Assembly: GCA_903813345.2 (NCBI GenBank)
Contig: CAIIXF020000001.1
Location: forward strand, 31,062,001 to 31,126,000
Length of the DNA stretch: 64,000 bases
Direction of reading: 5' to 3'
Origin: Owenia fusiformis
Lineage: Eukaryota
The notes under the pieces are model-generated. The model saw nothing but the letters and a program-made list of their open reading frames with translations. It was not told where the DNA came from and did not search any database. Each line of letters begins with the position of its first letter. Position 1 is the first letter of the stretch. The translations under genes and the position numbers were made by a program. Shown here one piece after another: positions 52,101-64,000 of the stretch.

Positions 52101-55100
52101 GTGTATGCTAGAATATATAGGATCACTCCATCTGATTAAAACAGCCAAGTTTGTGTTCAAAACGATAATACGCCATAAACGTGATTTAAACATTTTTCTT
52201 GTCAAAATGCGCGCCTATATTCACATGTATTTCCCAAACTGCGTGCCAAATATTTCAAAACTGCTTGCCTATCCAAGCTTGTTTTGTATTATTAGAAAAC
52301 ATAAGCGCCATATAAGGCACATATGTGTCTAATAGTAGAACCCCATAATTGAAACACTATGAGAGTCCATCCACCAAGAAGGTGATCTGAAAATAAATGT
52401 TTTTTTCGTTCCCAACTTAATTGTCACTTCTATTATACATTTTGACTTTCAATATGAAAATCTCATAAAATCTGACGATAAAGCAAAATTTCCAAAGCTA
52501 CATCGAAAACACCTACACGTACCTCTGTAGAAATTCCAATGATAATATGTAGTTTTAATAGTGTATGCGCACAGATTGTAATTTCTGGCTAAAATAGGCG
52601 CGCAGTTTGTGGTTTATTTCTTTTTAATCTCCTGATTATCTGTTTTATTTCGAAATATTTTGAATTAAACATGATAAATGTGTAAGGAATTAAATATAAA
52701 ACGAGTCTAAAGTATTTGTCATGTATGTTTAAAGTGCTAGATCGATTTACGTATAAATTCCCATTAAATCAGTGACGAAAATGCCATTAATCTGCTTATG
52801 TTTTAAAACTAAGATTCATTTGCACACAGTTTTTGCTAGTATTTGCAAGATTCGTATATTCGCCACAGAATGAACGCATTGAACAAGAAAACAATGCAGG
52901 ATAAATGTCTTTAAATAACGTTTCAAAATACAGACTCCAACTTAAATGATCCAATGTTCTTAGGCACGCAGTTTGTGATCGAAACAAACTGCGCGCATAA
53001 GTAGGCGCGCAGCTTGACATGGGTACCGTGAATAAGCTCTGATACGCTCTGATTTCCCGACTTGTTACGGTTCCTCACGCTATGATCCCGCTTCGACCAG
53101 GCTTTGTTACGCTTAAAATCACGCTTTGATAAGCTGTGGTAAGCATTCTTACGCTTTGGTGCGGTTATGACGCTTAAATCAGGCTCTGATACGATTGCCA
53201 AGCTCTGTTGTGCATTTTCGAGATCGCCTTTATCATGACGTTTTTGATCAAATGGCTGTATAAAGATGCAGTAGATCCATAAAACCATTGCATCTGTGAC
53301 TCAAGAAAACGAGGACAGAACAACAAGATCCAGAATTTCCAGATGGACCAGATCATGACCTATCTGAAGAAGACATGACTGTTTGTCGCACGGCGTGAGA
53401 AAGCGTGAGGAAGCTTGTCAAGCGTAACAAAGCGTAACAAAGCTTAACAAAGCATTTCAATCCTTGATTAAAGCGTCTCAATTCGTTAAAAAGCTTGAGA
53501 GTCCTTCATGAAAGCATAACAAAGAGTGTCAGATATTGATGAAAGCGTCTGACCTCGTGTCAGATCTTCATGCCAGATCGTAGCAAAGCTTGAGACATCT
53601 AAACGAAGCGTGTCAAGTGGTAACAGACCGTGAAGAGACTGGGGTCCCCGCTTTGAACCAAGCTCTGTTAAGCTTTCCTACGCTTTGGGTCAAGCTTTGC
53701 TGAGCTTTGTTATGGTTTGTTAAGCTTTGATACGCTCTCGGCGCTTCAATCAATTCGTAACGGAGCGCCCAAAATTTTTAAACAGTTTAAAAATTTTTGG
53801 CGCTCTTGCCAAACATCCCGCTTTACTTCGAGCTTTTCTATGACCTACTACGACCCCAACGCTTTAATCAAGCTTTGTTACGCTTTGGTGCCGCTTTACA
53901 AGTCCCTTTAAAGCGCCATGCTTTGGTGCCGCTTTGCTCGCCGATTTAAAGCGTGGCATTCGCCGTTGGTGTGAACGTAGCTTTACATGTACTGTATGGT
54001 TATTAACAGTTATCAATATACCCCAGGTTTGTATTTTTCATTTGTGGTCAAAAAGGGGTTCTGATTCTGTAGACCAAGTTCTGATTTCAAACCAGTTCCG
54101 TGGTATGTGTGTAAGAAGGGTGTTTACTAGAGGCAGGTGTTCATTCGAGAGAGTTGCTCACTTAAACAGGTTTTGTTATATATGTACATGTCTTATAATT
54201 TTTGTCATCAGGATCAAGGATAAGATAGAATTGTTTTGATCAACAACATCCAGAATTTTTGTTAATTTGGTTTACAGGATTAACCACTGCATAAAAACCT
54301 TGCAGAATTTTGACTTCTTGAATGTAGAATTCTGCAAGGGATTTGAATTTTTTCCATATGCATGTTGGTAGAAACACACAAACAAGCTAGATTTTAAGCC
54401 AATACTTGTTAAATTAGACATCTAAAACATATTAAACACAAAATTTCCAGATGATGTTTATGTGGTACCTAATACAAGTTCATGCAGAGAAGTGTAAAAA
54501 ACAACTAGAACAGACTTTTAAGTTTTAACAGATTACATATGTGCAAAATATGTGATCAGTTCACATGAATTTTATTCTTGCAGAAAATGTGACTGACAAG
54601 TGGCATTGATTGATGTGGAGTCTGAGCAACAAAAAACAAGATGATAGAATTTGTAAATACATTTGAAGCATTTGCTATTAAGGTAGACTGAGTATAGCCA
54701 TGGCCTTTCAATGCCCATAGCTTACAGTACTAGAGTATAGACATGTGATTTGAGGGCATGCGGTCAGATGATAACACTTGTATTTATAGAGGTAATAGAA
54801 AATGAAGTGTTCACATATGCTAAATGTGATATTGTACAGTGAAAACGCATTATTAAATATGCTAAATGTGATATCCCAGTTCATCTTTGTATACATATCA
54901 ATTAAAAATCAATGCATTTGCTTCAATTTTTGATTTCAAAATTATGAATATGTTGGCCATTATATTCATAAAATATATTTTTATATTGTACATAAATGAT
55001 ATTTGTTAATCTTGCATTGCTTCTAGTTTGGCTAATAAAGTGTGTGGCCTCTTATATTTTGATGCTTCTCTGCCATAGTATTTTCAAAAAGATTAACATG

Positions 55101-57370
55101 GCTGAAATTATTTAAATTACAAGAGGGTACAGGCTTATTGCACAAAAAACTAAATAATCTGAAATATACAAATGTCATTCATATACAATATACTACAATA
55201 TAATATACTTTTCCATATATTCTTATTTTGGGGTTCTACTGACACAATAAAACAGTGAAATGGCCTTTATATAACTATTTCATATATCTTTTTTCTAGCA
55301 TGTGAGTTCATATCCTTGTCTTCATCAGTTTTTTTATTGTATTTTGTGAGGAGTTTCACTTCAATATATAAACGGAGTGGCTCCAGGACCGACAATTGTC
55401 GGTACTGGAGACTGTCCAGGGGTATTTGCTGGGGTACCGACAATTGTCGGCACTCTATCGTCACCTAGTAGTGCCAGATAGAGAACCGACAATTGTCGGT
55501 ACGGAAGTGGCTGCTACGTGTTTTTGCTGGAGAGCCGACAATTTCATAAATAAACGCACTACTTTTACTAACAGAAATAACCTCATCACTGGTAGTCTAG
55601 TGGTTAGCGAGCACGACTCGAACACACTCGGTCCCGAGTTCGAATCCCGGCAGGACTACTTTTTTTATTTTGAGGGGGGCATATTGCTTCTTTTGCAGTA
55701 TGGAATCGTACAGGCATTAACTTGTAGTGAGCCATAATTTATTTCGACAAAAATTGATTCAACTTCCATCAAAATTGTCCTACAAGCTTCAATTAAAAAA
55801 CATTTTAAAGCTCTTTTCTTGTTCTATCTAATGGGTCAATATATATAGTTAGGGGAGGGGATGCTTTCGCCCCCGTCGACATCTACCCTTACTACGCCAT
55901 GGCACAGGAGAAATATCTCATTTGGAATATATCACTGTTTACTTTGCGTTTAGTAGCTCTCTCATCTCTAAGGTAGCTCTCTCATGCGAGATGGAATCGT
56001 GGCCATTAACTAAGGGAGCCAAATGCAACTTCCATCAAAAATTGTGCTATAAGGTATGAGTACCGTAATCCAACACCAAATTCGAAAATTCATAACAATA
56101 CTTTGCACATATGGCGTTCGTGACCAACTATAAAACGCTTACCCCCCATAGTGTTATATATCAAAATACATCAAATTATAGGGAGTCAGGTTACTTTTTG
56201 AGATATCAGCGTCCGTTTATTGTAACTTGCGTTTGCTACCACTTCCTCAATTCTGATATGACGGGCAAACGCGTAGTAAACATGCTCATGTTCGGAACTA
56301 TTTTGACCTACATCGCTATTTTCGTAATTCAAATGAAAGTTGAACTCCTCTTTATTTTGAGACCATATAGTGGCATACTAGGTACACTAGAAGCCAACTA
56401 TGGGTTATTTAGAACGATACCACAGGTTTTTAAATGGACTATATAGGGAACCTCATACCATAAGCAGGCCTGTCAACTGTCCCGCAATTTGCGTATTTGT
56501 CACGCATTTGCTGAAGAATTTGAAGTCACGCCAGTTTTTTTTGCGTGACAGAAAATGTCACGCAAAATACGCATTTTACCTGGTAATTGTCAAGCAAAAA
56601 TATTTCTGTAGAAATTTTTTCGAAATATGTTTACGATACGGTAAAAATACGAACGCCGGAAAAAACCGAACGCAATTTGTTCGGATTTGTCACGCGAATC
56701 CCGTATGTGTCACGCATGTTCATTGGAAATTTTTCGTACCGACAATTTATTTGTCGGTCCTCTAGCCTGCCACCACATCAGAGTCTAGAGTACCGACAAT
56801 TGTCGGTACTCTAGCCTTTACGATATATAAAAGGACACCATTTTCTGCATGGTCAAATAAAGATCAACACATCTAAAGCAGGACATGTTGATATTTATGC
56901 AGTGTTCAATCAGATCTATGGACAAGTTTGTTGGCTTAGCTGGAGACTACCCTCACATGCGTATATATAGATGAATAAAATCTATCCACTCAACCAGTTG
57001 TACCAAAACTCTGCATAACTGCAATGAGATAATAAAGGACATTCTACGCACTTTCAGAAGTCGCATCTATATAAGATTCTCTCAACCTTCTTAAAGTGAT
57101 ATGTACCCAGATATTGAGGCACTTGATCAACCAGCTTTTCATGAACCTGAATCCCTTGGTTGGTTGGTCATTAAGCTAAAGGGAGGGGGTTTTATTCTAA
57201 ACCACAAATGGGCTTATTTTGAGAGGGGTGAACAGCATAAATGTGTTCGTTAAATTTATATTCAAAACTCGACTAAAAAAGAGGAATGAGTATAGATGAG
57301 TTGAACAATACATACCCAAATAAAAACAGCATGTTAAAATAAGGATTACAGCGTACATCACCAGCCCCAT
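31174..57370 (-). CDS. BMPR2: Bone morphogenetic protein receptor type II (BMPR2 / wishful thinking-like), about 1115 aa
   Basis: Exons 57370-57316 (signal peptide [19 protein letters not shown]), 47999-47784, 46540-46325 (Cys box CCCRSNYCN), 43071-42344 (TM helix; [37 protein letters not shown]), 40667-40520 ([31 protein letters not shown]), 35054-34918, 33904-33778 ([18 protein letters not shown]), 32894-31174 (long Ser/Asn-rich tail). Total 3348 nt in frame; no GS box. Confidence 0.95.
33027..33370. mobile_element. MITE-like element with about 35-bp TIRs in the last BMPR2 intron
   Basis: tgtatctcatacttgagtgggtttggggtagatat...atatctaccctaaacccactcaagtatgagataca; the left about 165 bp recurs at 45551-45718. 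Confidence 0.75.
33374..33514. repeat. 140-bp imperfect palindrome directly abutting the preceding MITE
   Basis: gttatgcac...ttggataca.ggaatatccc..gggatatacaata.atcttccc pairs with gggaagatatattgtatatccc..gggatattcc.tgtatccaa...gtgcataac. Confidence 0.8.
38595..39725. mobile_element. hAT-family non-autonomous element in a BMPR2 intron
   Basis: TIR TAGGG[A/G]TGGGACGG...CCGTCCCACCCCTA; 8-bp TSD GTAAACAT (38587-38594 and 39726-39733); subterminal TTCGG/AACCG repeats. Confidence 0.9.
45551..45931 (+). repeat. Composite: left end of the 33027 MITE family joined to about 1.5 units of the 135-bp satellite and the ggtggtgacat end motif
   Basis: 45551-45718 matches 33027-33190; 45718-45905 matches the 27.1-28.2 kb satellite; ggtggtgacat at about 45920. 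Confidence 0.7.
47224..47750. mobile_element. Degenerate hAT-like MITE
   Basis: TAGGGGTCTCGCGA...TCGTGGGACCCCCA ends with subterminal GTATCG/CGATA repeats; no intact TSD seen. Confidence 0.5.
48183..48256 (-). pseudogene. tRNA-derived fragment (SINE head or tRNA pseudogene)
   Basis: Minus strand A box TGGCCTAATGG and B box GGTTCGAATCC followed by T-runs; no proper cloverleaf. Confidence 0.5.
51507..53983. mobile_element. PIF/Harbinger-like non-autonomous element in BMPR2 intron 1
   Basis: Perfect 22-bp TIR AAGCTACGTTCACACCAACGGC; imperfect inverted similarity extends about 150 bp; TA flanks (or TAA/TTA if one base shorter); many AAAGCG subterminal repeats; no transposase ORF. Confidence 0.75.
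51780..53023. mobile_element. Nested TIR element with CCCA termini (CMC/EnSpm-like MITE) inside the Harbinger-like element
   Basis: CCCATGTCAAGCAGCGTGCCTACT at 51780 pairs with AGTAGGCGCGCAGCTTGACATGGG ending at 53023; repeated aaactgcgcgc / gcacgcagttt motifs; flanks TG and TA do not match exactly. Confidence 0.65.
55371..56823 (-). mobile_element. Unclassified non-autonomous element, copy 2 (inverted relative to 17995-19496)
   Basis: Shares both termini, the palindrome arrays, the tRNA-like cassette and an about 1-kb body with copy 1; TA flanks. Confidence 0.8.
55586..55656 (+). pseudogene. tRNA-derived segment inside element copy 2
   Basis: TCACTGGTAGTCTAGTGGTTAG...GAGTTCGAATCCCGGCAGGAC then tactttttttatttt. 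Confidence 0.65.
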
Positions 57371-57407
57371 TGTATTTTATATCCCTTGCATTTCTGTCTA
57401 GACGATT

Positions 57408-57420
57408 CAATATGGCGGAT
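57408..57420 (-). promoter_or_regulatory. YY1-type motif (TCCGCCATATTG) about 40 bp upstream of the BMPR2 start codon; probable TSS region
   Basis: caatatggcgga on the + strand; locally CpG-richer sequence. Confidence 0.45.
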
Positions 57421-58296
57421 TTCCTTTTCAAAAAATTATTCCATCGTGATTTCTACAATAATCCACTTTCAGATTCAGTTTATGGTTTGCCAGGCGGTCT
57501 TTTGATGTTATCAACTCCAGTAGCCGCCCTGGCAATTTTAAATTATTAGTATTTATCGCATTATAAGGCGTCTATTCCGCAAGTGGGAGATCTGTCGAAT
57601 TTGAGAAAGTGCTGGGATAGACGAGTCTATTGAAATGTCTGAGGGGTTGCAGCTTTTAAAATCACTGTAATCAAAATGCTGTTATCTTCTGTATTTAGAA
57701 TGTTTACAAGCTAAACTGTTTTTTAGTGAATTGCTTCGATATTTATGCAGCTATCTTTTATTGAGAAAATGGAATACAGGCAGCATTAACTGGATTGTTG
57801 ATTGATTATTAATTAGGTCAAGGTCAACCTCTGATCTTAACATAGGTGGCAGCACGGGTTAATCAATAACAAATTGAAAAATTGAAAAATGTTCTGCGAT
57901 CTTTCGTTGGATTTAGACTAGAGAAATATATGGATGAATAATCATATTTTTGAAAACAGACTAGTCTATACATAGATAAGCGTTTCGTGTAGCAGTTCAA
58001 TGTGAGTATAGTTTTGTAGGAGAACACACTTATTATCAGAAATAAATATGTGCTTGCAAAATCAGGTGCAGAACAGGATTCCTTCATGCTCTTCATACCC
58101 TTCTTGTATATGACCCCTGATGGGGATTGAAATACAATAAAGCTTATAAATTTACCCTTCATACCATTCATCTAATGTCCTGATTGTCCTCCTTACCTAA
58201 ATTGAGTCTGTCTGATTTGTACAGGACAGTCTTTGAACGCAGAGTATAGGTCGCTTGATAATGTTAAAGTTAGGCCGGGCTGGAGAGCCTAATTTT

Positions 58297-58390
58297 ACGG
58301 ACTGTCTCCCGTACTGACAATTCTTGGGTACCGACAATTGTCGTCACTCTATCGTCTCCTAGTAGGGCAAGATAGAGGACCGACATTTTC
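58297..58390. repeat. Short diverged fragment of the ACCGACAATTGTCGGT element family
   Basis: gggtaccgacaattgtcgtcactctatcgtctcctagtagggcaagatagaggaccgaca resembles 55431-55495. Confidence 0.65.
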
Positions 58391-58925
58391 AAAAATAAAT
58401 TTAGTGGAGCGATTTTGTTCATATTTGGTATGTGAATACTATAAGCATGGTACACTGTCTAATGACACTTTAAGTAGAAGGTGGCCATTTTGAAAAATGG
58501 CCGCCATTTTTGCTATAACTTTGTAAAAATGCCAGCCATGGCTGTTCGATGGGATTTGCTTCGCTTTGGCGTTGCTGTTGTCTTGTTTATATTTGCTTCT
58601 GCTCCAGTGCTCCTGTCATAAATGCAAATGTGCAAAAAGTAAAATTCGTCTGACAAAGTTTGACCCCCTCTAAAAAAAGACATAAAAGTAAGTGAATAAA
58701 GTATGTTTTGTTAATATTTTTCACTAAAAGCTGATAGAAAAATGATTTTAGGGAATAAAGATTTATCGATCCATTTTAAACAATGTACAAAGTACATGAA
58801 GCATGAAATGCAGTCAAAACACAACTGTGCAATAATTAGGAAGACTAACAGGACCACCACACATGTGAATCTATGGGGTCTTAAAGTGATAACGTTCGGA
58901 GGTTGAGCATTGTCAACCATGACTA

Positions 58926-59640
58926 TGTGCAGTATGGCAAATGATTTTAGACGGTCATATCTTTCACCACGAGTACTTTCTAACCATCAATACAGTGGTC
59001 TTTATTAAAACAATATGTTTTCTTTCAAGTGAAGTCCCCATGATAGTAAAATATCAATCTAACTCTGAAAAATTATGGATTAGGACCCCACCTTGGCACT
59101 TTTTAATAATGTTAGACTCACTTTCTAAAAAGAGGATCTTGTTTTTCTCAATTTAAACATATCGAAAGTTTCTTCTACACTATATTAACAATTTCTGAAA
59201 AGGGAATGCATATTGAAAATCGTTAAAGTTAAAACCACATATGCCATGTTATTTTCCCATAGGGAAAACTCGTGCTATCCATTGTTTTCAGTATAATTTT
59301 CATCATCGAAAATTGATATCTTCAAAACTAGACTTTCAATACCATTCTACTTTTGAAGAAGTTTTAGACCCCTTGTTGAATAATCTTTTCATGCAATAAA
59401 AAACAGGAAAAGAAGATCCTCTTTTGAGTAAATATGTTCAACATTTTGAAAAAAATGTTGACATGACATCCCTATTCATAATTTTTCGAATTGTTCGATT
59501 GATATTTTTATCATCATGGGCACTTCACTTGAAAAAAAACATATTGTTTCAATAAAAACCACTGTATCTATGCCCATTCAGTATTCATGGTTAAAGATAT
59601 GACTGTTAAAAATCATTTGCCATACTGCACATGAACCTTT
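58926..59640. mobile_element. About 700-bp palindromic MITE (right end Kolobok-like)
   Basis: atgtgcagtatggcaaatgatttt...catatcttt pairs with aaagatatgac...aaaatcatttgccatactgcacat; inverted similarity spans more than 200 bp; right end ...gaaccttt|ta; left terminus eroded. Confidence 0.7.
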
Positions 59641-60615
59641 TAGAAGGGGTCTTTCGTGTCATACCCTCAATGTAAGTTGAATTTATCATATTTGAAATTG
59701 TCATTAGTTTTAATTTCCTAAGTACCTGTGCGATGATAGGACCATTTTCCCTAAGTTATCACCTGTCAATCAGGACTTGCCAGAGTTGATATTTTCTAGG
59801 GAGAAATCAAAATGGCAGTTTTAACAGAAATTTACGATGTTTGAAATCTCCTGTGATTTCCACATGAGAGCTACCGGAAGTTTAATCATATGTTTAAAGG
59901 GTGAACATACAGTATATGCATATACAGGCAAAGTGCCCAGTACTGTTAGATAACTTACTAAAGCGGAAATGAGTAATAATCAATAGACAATAATTCAAAT
60001 GTTGTTTCATCTTTTATTTATAACTCAGAAAGAGGCTGCACCGTAGCACCACCTATAATAACACAACCAACTGGATGAAGCATAATCAAAATACATGACA
60101 GGTATGCTGGGCAAGATGTACCAGATGGTTGCAAATTCGCTCCAAATACTACCAAATTTCAAAATTTTTCTGGGGGAGAACCAGACCCCTGAAAGCTTGT
60201 TTTTTGCTTCGCGCAACTCTCGTTCCTGTGGTGGCATTCTGCTTAGAAAATTTGCGCTTCACCCATGACTTGACATTAGGTAAAAACCTAGGGCAATATC
60301 GGACCCTTTACATAAATCTGAGACCATCATAAAAAAATTTTAAATCAAATATATTCTGTATTATGTAATGGGTCAAGAATGAAAGGTGTTTACTTTTGAG
60401 ATACTTAGTAAATAATGTGCATGAATGGTGAATATCTTTGTAATAATTGTGAGATATAATAGAAGGTCACTTGTAGTTTGTATATAAAAGAAGAGGTTAA
60501 AGTCGTCCTGGTGTACTCATTTTTAGGATACCCTGTAATTGTACATTGTTTACATTTATTCTTATATTAAAATATCATGAATTTTCAGTGTGCATATATA
60601 AAAAGAACAAAGATA

Positions 60616-63600
60616 ATGCAGTCTGTCTACCGCAGTCCTGTAGAATCAATTGACCCTGAGCAGAATGGAAGTAACAGAAGGTATATTCCAAGACGCAGCA
60701 ATGCAAGGCCAGGATTTGCCAGTCAAACCACTGTATTCCTGGGAATCACACAGATTGTCAATGGATCACTCTGCATAATCCTTGCAGCCATGTTGATATT
60801 CCTGCATTCCTATGTAGGCAAGTTTGTTGCAGGGATATGGTGTGGCTTATTGGTGAGTAGAAACTGGCTATAGGATGATTTATATAGCATATATCCCATC
60901 TTTGTTTCCAGTACATGGAATTAATGTTTTTTTGGCATTCATGAAAATAAACTCTTTTTTATTCAAGTTTCATCTAATTTTATTTCCCATGGGCATTTAT
61001 TTCAAAGCACAAAGAAGAATCCCATTTGGGTGTTTATGTACATATAATATGAAATATTAATTTTCAAACTTGCCATTTCATTTAAAGTTTCCATAACTTT
61101 GGCTGCTGCCAACAATTATAGATGTTTTTATTTCTTTACTTTTTTTGTTCACAGTGGAAATGGATTCTAATTCAGGAAATAATTAAATACAGAAAATTTA
61201 CTTTAATGTACCAGGCCATTTCTGGCATCTCTCTTGTAATATGCCAATATTCTCATGGGGGGTGTTACCATTAATAGAAGTTTATCACTCATTCATTGCA
61301 TGGTATTCTTAAGAAATCCAGGACACAATTATGAGCTAAGAAGATTGTTGATCTCAATTCAGACAATGAAAATTGCTTACAGCTAATATCCCTCTGAAAT
61401 GAACAATAATACTTAAACATGTAATTCGAGAAAGAAAAATTTGAATGCGAAAGCCACACAATTAATCTTTCAGGTAAAGCAATCAAATATATCATTAAGA
61501 TATAGTTAGTGAAAACACTGTTTAGTTATAGCATTTGCCAATATCAATTTCATTCCTCTGTAGTGTCTAGATGTATGTGTTAAACATTATATGATATAGA
61601 TAACAATTCTATTTTACAGTATGTGATTGGAGGTATAATTGGACTTGCAGCTGGCAAAAGGAAGACAAATTCACTGGTAACTTCTCTCATTTAGAACAGA
61701 ACTGAATTTTTCCTATTTACCAATATTGCGCCAAACCCTTTTGTGTCCTTTCATATTCTCTCAACCTGGTCATGGACTTGATGCAAGACTATCAATTTTG
61801 ATATTTTATAGGAGTTTTTTTGTTTGCTTTGTTGTTTGTTTGTTTGTTTGGAAAGAGTTGTGGAATCCAACGTCAACAATGAACATGAATTATCTATTTT
61901 ACAAGACTTTCATATGTCTCAATTTAAGGTGAACTATAAGTAGCATCATCTTGAACTATTCCTCCATCAGAACCTTAATTTACTACGCACCATCCTGAAG
62001 GTATTTATTCTGGATCTTTAGCATTTCTTTTCCATTACAGATTCTAACATATCTTGTTATGTCCACTATAAATGGAGTGGCCACAAGTACATTGATTGCC
62101 ATATCTTCCTGGGGCATATATCTGGACTCTCATAGACAGTATTACAAAAAGATGTATGGGGACTTTGAACTTGTAACTGAAGTTGGGGTAGGTGTACTTT
62201 CTTATGTGTTTCCATGTATTTTCTTAATTGCTACTACAGTGTATTAGATTTGAATGAAGTATTTTAAAAACTTGTTATGAGCTTCCAGAACATTTTCCAG
62301 TACTAAATATTGCAATTTTGGAAACAATTTGTGTCATCCTAACCTTAGTGAGTACTCAAACTCACCATCTTCAAATCATCACATTGGTATTAGTCATTGG
62401 AATTTTGGCTCTATAACAGAACTTCCTTAAAAGTATGTGAGTCTCAGTTTGTTACAAATAACAGAAATTATTGACAGCTCCACTTCAATAAAAATCATTA
62501 TGTGATCAAATCCGTAATCAAGCTCATAAATTTGGAATCTGTAGGCTGAGGTTTGTATACTGAAACCATGGCCATCCAAAAGCTGAATTGAAAATGGAAC
62601 GAAATTAAAATTGATTTGCATGTAACTATTTTGTTCAAAAGAACAGTAATACCACTTCAATTTGAAAATAAATATAGTACATGTATGATAAATTTCTTCA
62701 TTGTGTAGTATGATCTTGCAGATCAGAAAGGTTCCTGAATCCTATAACGTTCCTAACTATCATATCTCTGATGTTTTCTATAGGTTCCCCAGGTGGCGCT
62801 GAATGCAACATTATTAGTTTTGGGGATAGTCCTAGGTGGCAGCACTATATGGGCTGCAGCTGTCTGTTGTAAAGCAGCTGGTTGTTGTTACGCACCTGAG
62901 GTATGATGTCAAAACAGGATCTTTTGGTGTTATATTTTTGTATATACCATCATGGCCAATGAATGTGTTCACATTTAGAGATGGCCGCACTTTAATTAGT
63001 ACTATAAAAACAATAAGATTGTTTATGGAATTTACTGTTGATATATCTGACAAATGTCCTTGTATGGTTGACAAGAAAGTTCATTATATTGTACTCCCAT
63101 ATTATTTGCGTGCAATTTAGTTTTGCGATTGTGGTAGAAATTGCCGATAAATCCCTTGCATTTGTTATTACCTGGGACTCCAATGAATTTTGTTTTTTGT
63201 AAAATGTTTATCTAGTGTTATTGTGTGATAAATGGAATACTAGCAACAATGTCTCTTACACTGGCTTATTAGATCAAATAAACCAAAAAATGACAATGTA
63301 ATAGAGGTTGAGGTGTAGTGTGCCATTGACCAAGATCTAGCAATTGTAAATCTTATCCAAATGTGACATTGGGCTAGGTGTAATAACTGTAAAAGGTCAC
63401 TTAGTTTACAAAGCTTAATTATTCAGAAAATAATGAAATTTAAACTTAAGAAATCCGCGAAATGTTATAGCTACAAAATTAACTGAGAATACAGTTTATT
63501 ATTCAGTGAATATTTAGTCATCAGTAAAATTCACTTGACTTTATTTTGAATTAGGACATTTTATATTAATTGCTACAATACAATTTTATTTACTTTGTTG

Positions 63601-63984
63601 ATTACTGATTATAGGGTGTGTACACAATCCCCTCCCCCCAGGTGGTGTACAGTCCTGTGCAGGGGGCTGGGGGTCAACAGGTGTTAGTCTTTACCCAGGA
63701 CCCAGCACAGTCCAATACTCTGTATGCTCTCCCACAGGGCTACATGCTGAACCAACAAGGTACACACTTATAAAAAAAAAGATATGTAAAGTATGGGAGT
63801 ATTTTATCCTTGTATTTTTACCTCGCTTTAACTTGCTCTACATTGTATAAATTCAAGGTCATTTCTAATTGCAGGACAGATGATGGTTCAGATCCCTGCC
63901 TCAGGGGTGGTTCAGTCAGGAGCGGGAACTGATTCACATCCTCGTCCCCTGAATGCCCCCATCGTACAACAAACACAGTCATGA
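60616..63984 (+). CDS. MS4A/CD20-like four-transmembrane protein (about 270 aa)
   Basis: Exons 60616-60852, 61620-61676, 62041-62187, 62784-62900, 63615-63759, 63875-63984 (TGA) total 813 nt in frame. Motifs LGITQIVNG, GIWCGLLYVIGGIIG, four hydrophobic segments, CC..GCC after TM4, and a Pro/Gln/Tyr-rich tail. Confidence 0.85.
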
Positions 63985-64000
63985 ATTATGAATTATTGCC

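Noticed and set aside
52796..53356. ORFs inside the Harbinger-like element as transposase or Myb remnants
   Set aside because: Short, cross the nested-element boundary, and show no recognisable DDE or MADF motifs.
55030..55190. Large inverted segmental duplication linking about 18-20.3 kb with about 55-56.8 kb
   Set aside because: Two different repeats lie in the same relative order at both places, but the intervening and flanking sequences are unrelated; best explained as independent insertions.

Overview
AT-rich animal genomic DNA with spliceosomal introns. The repeat landscape suggests a lophotrochozoan, probably a bivalve mollusc (inference). I reconstructed four intron-containing genes by hand from GT-AG junctions with consistent phases: (1) the 3' part of a VWD + EGF-repeat + 2x cadherin + VWA protein (+, 262-6148, 5' end outside the window); (2) a CCDC24-like gene (+, 20493-24732); (3) BMP type II receptor BMPR2/wit (-, 57370-31174, 8 coding exons, long cytoplasmic tail); (4) an MS4A/CD20-like tetraspan gene (+, 60616-63984). 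The standout feature is a 5851-bp non-coding element (7203-13053). It is almost entirely one palindrome, with about 2.86-kb arms and a GCC/GGC-flanked turn. It carries Polinton/Maverick integration hallmarks: AGTAGT...ACTACT termini and a 6-bp direct target-site duplication (ATTTGC). It looks like a gene-less snap-back Polinton derivative rich in ETS-CRE, GATA and CCAAT motifs. The rest of the non-coding DNA holds many non-autonomous DNA transposons: hAT, Tc1/mariner-like, Harbinger-like with a nested element, Helentron-like satellite carriers, and an unclassified tRNA-cassette element present twice with different cargo. No database search was possible, so family names rest on recognised motifs.
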